A DNA stretch of 64,000 nucleotides from Promethearchaeota archaeon. GTDB lineage: Archaea > Asgardarchaeota > Lokiarchaeia > Sigyniarchaeales > SOKP01. A model generated the notes under the pieces. That model was not told where the DNA came from. It made no database searches and was given only the letters and a program-made list of their open reading frames with translations. The stretch covers positions 1 through 64,000 of the forward strand of contig JBHLNS010000013.1 in assembly GCA_048941285.1 (NCBI GenBank), in the 5' to 3' direction. A program made the position numbers and the translations under genes. Within the stretch, counting starts at the first letter, position 1. The number at the start of each line of letters is the position of its first letter. This document shows positions 58,371 through 64,000 of the stretch, in pieces.

Positions 58371-58883
58371 ATGAGTAAAATTATGGATATTGTAGATAGA
58401 ATCTCAAAAATTTTAAGAGATTTTTCAGATAAGAACATTAAAATTGCAGTTGCTGAATCTTGTACAGGAGGATTTGTTTCGCACATGCTTACTAATGTCT
58501 CTGGAGCATCAAAAGTATTTGAAAGAGGAATTGTTTGTTATAGTAATCAAGCTAAAATAGATTTAATAAAAGTGGATCCACAAATTATTGAGAAATATGG
58601 GGCAGTATCAGAACGTGTTGTCAAACAATTAGCTTATAATGTAAGAATATTATCTAATGTTGAAATTGGAATTGGAATTAGTGGTATAGCTGGACCGACT
58701 GGAGGGAGTCTAGAAAAACCAGTTGGTTTGGTTTTTATTGGATTTTCAACAATAGAAGACACCACTGTTGAGAAGTATCAATTTACAGCAGATCGAGGAA
58801 CCTTTAAAAAACTTGTTTTTGAAAAGGTTCTACTTTTGCTTGAAAAATTCTTAGGTAGTAAGTATCAAGATAAAGCTGAATAA
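58371..58883 (+). CDS. pncC: CinA C-terminal domain protein / NMN amidohydrolase (PncC)
   Basis: VAESCTGG, YSNQAK, GAVS, SGIAGP.GG...KPVGLV. Confidence 0.88.
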   Translation: MSKIMDIVDRISKILRDFSDKNIKIAVAESCTGGFVSHMLTNVSGASKVFERGIVCYSNQAKIDLIKVDPQIIEKYGAVSERVVKQLAYNVRILSNVEIGIGISGIAGPTGGSLEKPVGLVFIGFSTIEDTTVEKYQFTADRGTFKKLVFEKVLLLLEKFLGSKYQDKAE

Positions 58884-58985
58884 AAATATAATGTATTTAT
58901 ATCATAGTTCAAACAAATTATTAACATAATTTATTTAGATTTTAAAAAAGACAAAAATGAAATCATAATAACTTCGGTGGATTAA

Positions 58986-59858
58986 ATGCCATTTTGCGAT
59001 TTATGTAATGAAGAAACTGGTATTTTACCATTTAAATGTAATTATTGTGGGGGAACATTCTGTAAAAAACATAGATTGCCTGAAAATCATGGGTGTAATT
59101 ATGATATCGAACACAAGATGAAAGCTATAGAAGAAAAACAACATAGGACTCTTTTTGAAAGAAGACAAAGGCAAAAAAGATTGATATATTCGGGAAAAAC
59201 TAAGGGATTATATTTTCTTTATTTGCTTATTTCAATATTCTCATTATTTGCTTTTTTCTTCCCACAATATTTATGTATTTCAAGTCTTACATTTAATTTT
59301 TATTCTAAACCATATATTTGGACGTTGTTTAGTTCCATATTTGTTCTTAATTTTTTCAATCCCATTGAATTCACATATTTCATTATTTTATTGTTTTTTT
59401 CCTATCACTTTATTAAGATGCTTGAATCTTCACACGGTTCACGATTTCTAATATCTTTATTCCTAATATTCTCTATTTTATCAGGATTATTTAATTTTAT
59501 TCTAAGCTTTGCTTCTAAATTACCTATTTCATATTACTATCATTATATTGGATTGGCTTCAGGAGGCATATTAGGATTAATAACTTTCACAATATCATCA
59601 AACCCTAAACAAGAATGGATTTTTTTGAAATATGGAATTAAATCAACTTATGTATTAGGAATCCTAGTGCTTGTCAGTATTATTACTAAAATTTTTTCAT
59701 CGATTATTGAAAATTTTTATTGGTTAAGTGGAGCGGATTTTTATACTATTTCATTTTTTGTTTTAAGTAACTTTGCATGGTATCTTCTAGACGTGTTTGG
59801 AATCCTAGTTTCTTTAATCTATTATTATGGCTATTATATTAGAAGAAAAGTGTATTAA
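58986..59858 (+). CDS. AN1 zinc finger fused to a rhomboid-like membrane domain (probably catalytically inactive)
   Basis: CDLC...PFKCNYCGGTFCKKHRLPENHGC; rhomboid-like IWTLFSS.F, LE...GS.FL, LASGG; no His in the last TM. Confidence 0.7.
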   Translation: MPFCDLCNEETGILPFKCNYCGGTFCKKHRLPENHGCNYDIEHKMKAIEEKQHRTLFERRQRQKRLIYSGKTKGLYFLYLLISIFSLFAFFFPQYLCISSLTFNFYSKPYIWTLFSSIFVLNFFNPIEFTYFIILLFFSYHFIKMLESSHGSRFLISLFLIFSILSGLFNFILSFASKLPISYYYHYIGLASGGILGLITFTISSNPKQEWIFLKYGIKSTYVLGILVLVSIITKIFSSIIENFYWLSGADFYTISFFVLSNFAWYLLDVFGILVSLIYYYGYYIRRKVY

Positions 59859-61045
59859 TAATTTTCAATTAATTTTCCATTTTCCATTATCTCTCTTTTA
59901 GTGCCATCCAAATATTCTACTGTTATATTAGCCTTTGGTTCAGTCACAAAATCCCAATGCATTTGAGATGCTGATGTTCCTCCAAAAGATTTGTTAAATC
60001 CAAAAGCAACGTGAACACTTCCATTAATTTTTTCATCTGTCAAGATGTATCCAATTGCTTTACTTATCACAGGGTTACAACCAATACCAAGTTCACCAAC
60101 ATTGTAAGTTCTCAGTTCTGGGACTTTATTTTTTTTATCTATTTCTTCACTTTGTTTAAATGCGTCTATTAATAGGTCTAAATCATTATCCGCTGACGCT
60201 TTTTCCATTAACAATTTGCCATCCTTAAAACTTAGTTTTACATTTCTCAAAATTTTATTAGAATATCTCTCAATCGTTAATGGACAAAAAATTGTACCTT
60301 CTCCTTGTTTTTCATTAGGAGGGAAAAAGACTTCTCCAGCTGGCAAATTACCCCCTAAATCACCTAACGCAATTTGTTCATCAGAAAGTAATCCATCATC
60401 AAGAATTTTAACACGATTTTCTATTGAAACCCAAAAATCGGTACCAAGGTCGTCAGTAATGTAAACTTTTTTTGCACTGTCAAAATATTTTCCTAAATTA
60501 CTTGTAATATTTGTTAACTCGTCAGATGGAATGCTCATACCATCAACTATAAATTTTTCAAATAAATCATAATCAATATTATAGAAATCAGCAGCTTTCT
60601 TTGATGGCCAAGCAGCATAACACCATTTCTTTCCAGGTGCATATTCTTCCTTGAAACCATATAATATTTCTCGTATTGGAGCGACTGATTTCTGATAAGC
60701 TTTAAGTTTTTCTTCTGGAGCATTATTACGAATTAAAGGATCTTCTGGATATTCAATTACAATATAAGCATCAATATTTTTAATCATTTCTATATAATGT
60801 TTTGGTGGTATTTCCAATGTTTTCACAGATATTTGATCATCTTGCCACATAGTTTCCTCAAAATAATTACTTGTTGAAGTAATATGTGGAACTCCTCCCT
60901 TCCTAAGAACACATAAGCCTATCTCCTCTAAGAGTTCTTGGCAATATATAGCTCCTTTTATTAAAATGAATTCACCTTCTTTTTTAATGTTAACACTTTT
61001 GGTAATATTCTCAGCACATAATCTGAATTTTTCTTTTGTAATCAT
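59855..61045 (-). CDS. M29 family aminopeptidase
   Basis: NLPAGEVF, GELGIG.N, DEK..GSVHVAFG, HWD. Confidence 0.9.
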   Translation of the reverse strand: MITKEKFRLCAENITKSVNIKKEGEFILIKGAIYCQELLEEIGLCVLRKGGVPHITSTSNYFEETMWQDDQISVKTLEIPPKHYIEMIKNIDAYIVIEYPEDPLIRNNAPEEKLKAYQKSVAPIREILYGFKEEYAPGKKWCYAAWPSKKAADFYNIDYDLFEKFIVDGMSIPSDELTNITSNLGKYFDSAKKVYITDDLGTDFWVSIENRVKILDDGLLSDEQIALGDLGGNLPAGEVFFPPNEKQGEGTIFCPLTIERYSNKILRNVKLSFKDGKLLMEKASADNDLDLLIDAFKQSEEIDKKNKVPELRTYNVGELGIGCNPVISKAIGYILTDEKINGSVHVAFGFNKSFGGTSASQMHWDFVTEPKANITVEYLDGTKREIMENGKLIENY

Positions 61046-61218
61046 AACTTCATGAAATGTTCGATAAATAATATTTCTTATTAATAAAAAATTTCAAATA
61101 TATAGTAAGGGAATCAAAGAATTTATTATTATAAGTTGGTATAATTAAATTATTAAACTGATTATTTAAAAGGAAGAAAATATTACAAAATTACATTAAT
61201 CATTACTAATTCTTTAAA

Positions 61219-61680
61219 ATGGTCGTAAGAGAAGCTGGTTTATTATTTAGAGGTTTTACATTAGTAAAAAAAAGTTATCATAAAACTTCACTGGGTAAAA
61301 TTGATACAGACTTAAGGAGTGGGCTGTTAACCGCAATCTTAAATTTTGCGCAATCTACTTTTTCAAAAGATATTGTAGAATATTTTGAAGGAAAAAAATT
61401 TCTTATAACATTCACCGAAGATCAAATATTAAGTGAAGATGGTTTTGAGCCCGAACTTCTAGTTTCTTATGCTATTTTAGATAAAGAAAAGAAAATTGAA
61501 AGATATATTCATAAAATTATTCAACCCCTACTACAACAAGTTGTAAAAGAGTTTAAAGCTAACAATATGGGTAAAAACTTATCTGAAGTATCGCAATTTA
61601 AAGAATTTAAAAAATCTATTGATAAAATATTTGGAACTGATACACAGACTATTGATCAAAAACTAAGAGGAATACTATAA
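61219..61680 (+). CDS. Longin-like domain protein
   Basis: LRSGLLTAILNFA helix and Asgard longin-like topology; C-terminal F..F...ID. Confidence 0.55.
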   Translation: MVVREAGLLFRGFTLVKKSYHKTSLGKIDTDLRSGLLTAILNFAQSTFSKDIVEYFEGKKFLITFTEDQILSEDGFEPELLVSYAILDKEKKIERYIHKIIQPLLQQVVKEFKANNMGKNLSEVSQFKEFKKSIDKIFGTDTQTIDQKLRGIL

Positions 61681-61689
61681 GGATTTATT

Positions 61690-62643
61690 CTATTTGTGTG
61701 TTTTTTTTAAAAACCATAATATTATGGGGAGTGCTATAGTTGCATCAGAAATAATGGTAGAATACTTTGCTTTCTCATTTATTTTTCCCCATGAGATTGC
61801 TTCTCTTAAAGAAGCACCACTTAATCCTCCAGGTTCAGGACGATCCATAGTAATCTGGATCGCGTAAGTTGCAGAATTAGGGCAAAATTGTAATGATTGC
61901 ATTATAAAATTTTTTGGAACACCTCCTCCAACAATACAAATCCCAGCTACTTTAGCATCCCAAGCAATATTAACCATTTCTAACATATCCTTGAAATGAT
62001 TTAAATTAAGTTTCTGGTTATGAAAACCTAATTGCATAGCTAAACCGGAATCGGTAAAAGCAGGACAAAAAATTGGAATTTCTTTATCATAGCAAGCTCT
62101 GAGGACAGAATAAGAATTTTTTGGGAGTTGTTTTCCAACAAAATTCAAAAACGAACTAACTGACATTTGAGTATCTGGAATTTCTAAATTTGATATGAAA
62201 TCTTCAATTCCTTCATAAACTTTATTAGGCATAAATACGTCATATATCCTGTTAATCTCTTCTTGATGCAAATATTCGTCATCAAAATCACCAGAGTGAA
62301 AATCTCCTTGTAAATGATGGTATCCTAACGCTTCTGCTAAATCATGAGTTAAATTCGCTCCTGTTGTTACTAAAACATCTAAATATCCTTCAATTATAAA
62401 ATCATGGATAACCTTCTGTAATCCTACAGGAATAATTGCACCTGCTAATCCAAAAAATTTAACACAATTAGGTGTATTGATCATTTCCTTATAAATTTCA
62501 CAGGCTAAGGCTAATCTTTTTGCATTAAATCCAGTATCTTTTAATGAATTTATCAGTTCTTCAATATCAGTATCCTTAGTTATTTCAAATTGATTTATTT
62601 TTTTTAAATTCTCTTTAAAATCTCTATTCGTCATCGAAATCAT
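61690..62643 (-). CDS. dys: Deoxyhypusine synthase
   Basis: TTGANL.HD, NRIYDV, PAFTDS, GGGVPKN, GGLSGA..REAISWGK with the catalytic Lys. Confidence 0.93.
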   Translation of the reverse strand: MISMTNRDFKENLKKINQFEITKDTDIEELINSLKDTGFNAKRLALACEIYKEMINTPNCVKFFGLAGAIIPVGLQKVIHDFIIEGYLDVLVTTGANLTHDLAEALGYHHLQGDFHSGDFDDEYLHQEEINRIYDVFMPNKVYEGIEDFISNLEIPDTQMSVSSFLNFVGKQLPKNSYSVLRACYDKEIPIFCPAFTDSGLAMQLGFHNQKLNLNHFKDMLEMVNIAWDAKVAGICIVGGGVPKNFIMQSLQFCPNSATYAIQITMDRPEPGGLSGASLREAISWGKINEKAKYSTIISDATIALPIILWFLKKTHK

Positions 62644-63545
62644 AAATTATTTTTATTAGCTATAAATGAAATAAATTCGACAATTAATTTAGCTGCCAGA
62701 TTACATGTCATTTTGTTATCTAAATCTAAATTAGGTGCTACTTCAACCAAATCAAATCCAATTATTTTAAAATGTTTAGATATCTCTTGTAAGACTTTCC
62801 ACAATTCTCTATAAGTAAATCCTCCCGGCATAGCAAAACCGGTACCAGGTGCGATAGAAGGGTCTAGTGTATCAATATCTATGGAGACATATAAGGATTT
62901 AATTCCTGCTTTTTTAAAAAAACTAATTATCTTTTCTATATAATTATCAAGACCATCTAATAAATGATAACCACTTAAATATTTGATGTTTTCCGATTCT
63001 GCGAGTTCTAACTCAGGGATGTCAATATCTCTAACTCCTACAATTAAAAGATTCTTATTATTCATATAATCTAAATCATAAACCCTATGTGATATAGTTG
63101 CATGCGAGTACACACCTTTATCCCATTCCTCGTAAAAATCCAAATGTGCATCAAATAAAAGCACTCCAAACTCATCTTTCTTATTAAATAAATCTCCAAC
63201 ACTCTTTATCACGGGGTAAGAACAGAAATGATCTCCACCAATCATTACGGGGATTATTTTTTCATTTTTTTTATATAAATCTTTTATGAATTTCATAATA
63301 GCGTTGAGGTTTTTTTCTATATTTAATTTTTCAATAGGAACATCCCCTGCATCTACAATATTAAATTTATTAATAGGCCATCCTAATTCAGATGTCCATC
63401 CAATATCATTTGTTACATCTCTAATTCTTTGAGGGGCAATAGAAGAGTTAGGTAAATCAATTGAAGTCAAATAATCCCAAGGTATCCCAAAAATTACAAA
63501 TTGAGTATCTTGATTAATAATTTCGCTGGAATCAAAAAAATTCAT
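62640..63545 (-). CDS. speB: Agmatinase (ureohydrolase family)
   Basis: GGDH, DAHLD, SH, SIDIDTLDP..APGTG, DLVEVAP. Confidence 0.88.
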   Translation of the reverse strand: MNFFDSSEIINQDTQFVIFGIPWDYLTSIDLPNSSIAPQRIRDVTNDIGWTSELGWPINKFNIVDAGDVPIEKLNIEKNLNAIMKFIKDLYKKNEKIIPVMIGGDHFCSYPVIKSVGDLFNKKDEFGVLLFDAHLDFYEEWDKGVYSHATISHRVYDLDYMNNKNLLIVGVRDIDIPELELAESENIKYLSGYHLLDGLDNYIEKIISFFKKAGIKSLYVSIDIDTLDPSIAPGTGFAMPGGFTYRELWKVLQEISKHFKIIGFDLVEVAPNLDLDNKMTCNLAAKLIVEFISFIANKNNL

Positions 63546-63575
63546 TTAAATTCATCTCTTTTCAAATTCTTTTTC

Positions 63576-64000
63576 TTACATTTTATCAAGGGTTTCAATT
63601 CCTAAAATATCTAATCCAATTTTAATAATAATTTGCACACATTTTATTAGTAATAATCTGGCTTTTTCTAATTCTTTTTCATCAGATATAACTTGACAAG
63701 AAGAATAAAAAGAATTAAAGCTCTGACATAAGTTTAATAAATATTGAGCAATTAAGTGAATATTATAAGTTTCCTCAGCTGAATCTAGGATTTCAGGGAA
63801 ATAGATCATTTGTTTGATTAAATCGGATTCGTTTTTATGAATCAATAAGTTCCAATTAATATTGGTACTCACTTTTAATTTAGATTTTGAAAGGATTGAT
63901 TCGATCCTGGCGTAGCAATATTGAATATAAGGACCAGTTTCTCCCTCAAATGAAATACTCTCATCTGGTCTAAAGATAAAGCCTTTAGTAGCGCTGTATT
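63576..64000 (-). CDS. argS: Arginyl-tRNA synthetase, C-terminal part (truncated by the window edge)
   Basis: Frame is open to the edge: ...SFEGETGPYIQYCYARIESI...FNSFY...RL.L...GL.ILGI...DKM. Confidence 0.93.
   Translation of the reverse strand, partial: YSATKGFIFRPDESISFEGETGPYIQYCYARIESILSKSKLKVSTNINWNLLIHKNESDLIKQMIYFPEILDSAEETYNIHLIAQYLLNLCQSFNSFYSSCQVISDEKELEKARLLLIKCVQIIIKIGLDILGIETLDKM

Overview
AT-rich, gene-dense archaeal chromosomal segment, very probably from an Asgard archaeon of the Lokiarchaeia type. Evidence: four Rab-like small GTPases, longin-like proteins, eukaryote-type ribosomal protein eL22, PSTK, TBP, TFS, Cdc48, tetraether synthase Tes, and form III RuBisCO with R15P isomerase. 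I found no rRNA, tRNA, CRISPR array or transposase. Most genes are housekeeping or metabolic. The best candidates for undescribed biology are: (1) an Ile-rich leader peptide (MNIVSKFLGFVKNMIMIISTIIII*) with mutually exclusive anti-SD pairings upstream of an IleRS that has an aberrant HIGH motif (QHGN), suggesting ribosome-mediated attenuation in an archaeon; (2) two separate Rab-[V4R]-Rab gene cassettes, a possible proto-TRAPP/Rab module; (3) a 120-nt GC-rich structured RNA with switch potential upstream of tes; (4) a translationally coupled operon of a membrane-anchored GNAT, a SelO-like kinase-fold protein and a helical protein; (5) a protein of ten 35-aa tandem repeats; (6) an AN1 zinc finger fused to a rhomboid pseudoprotease. 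All calls come from motif recognition by eye. No database searches or folding programs were run.
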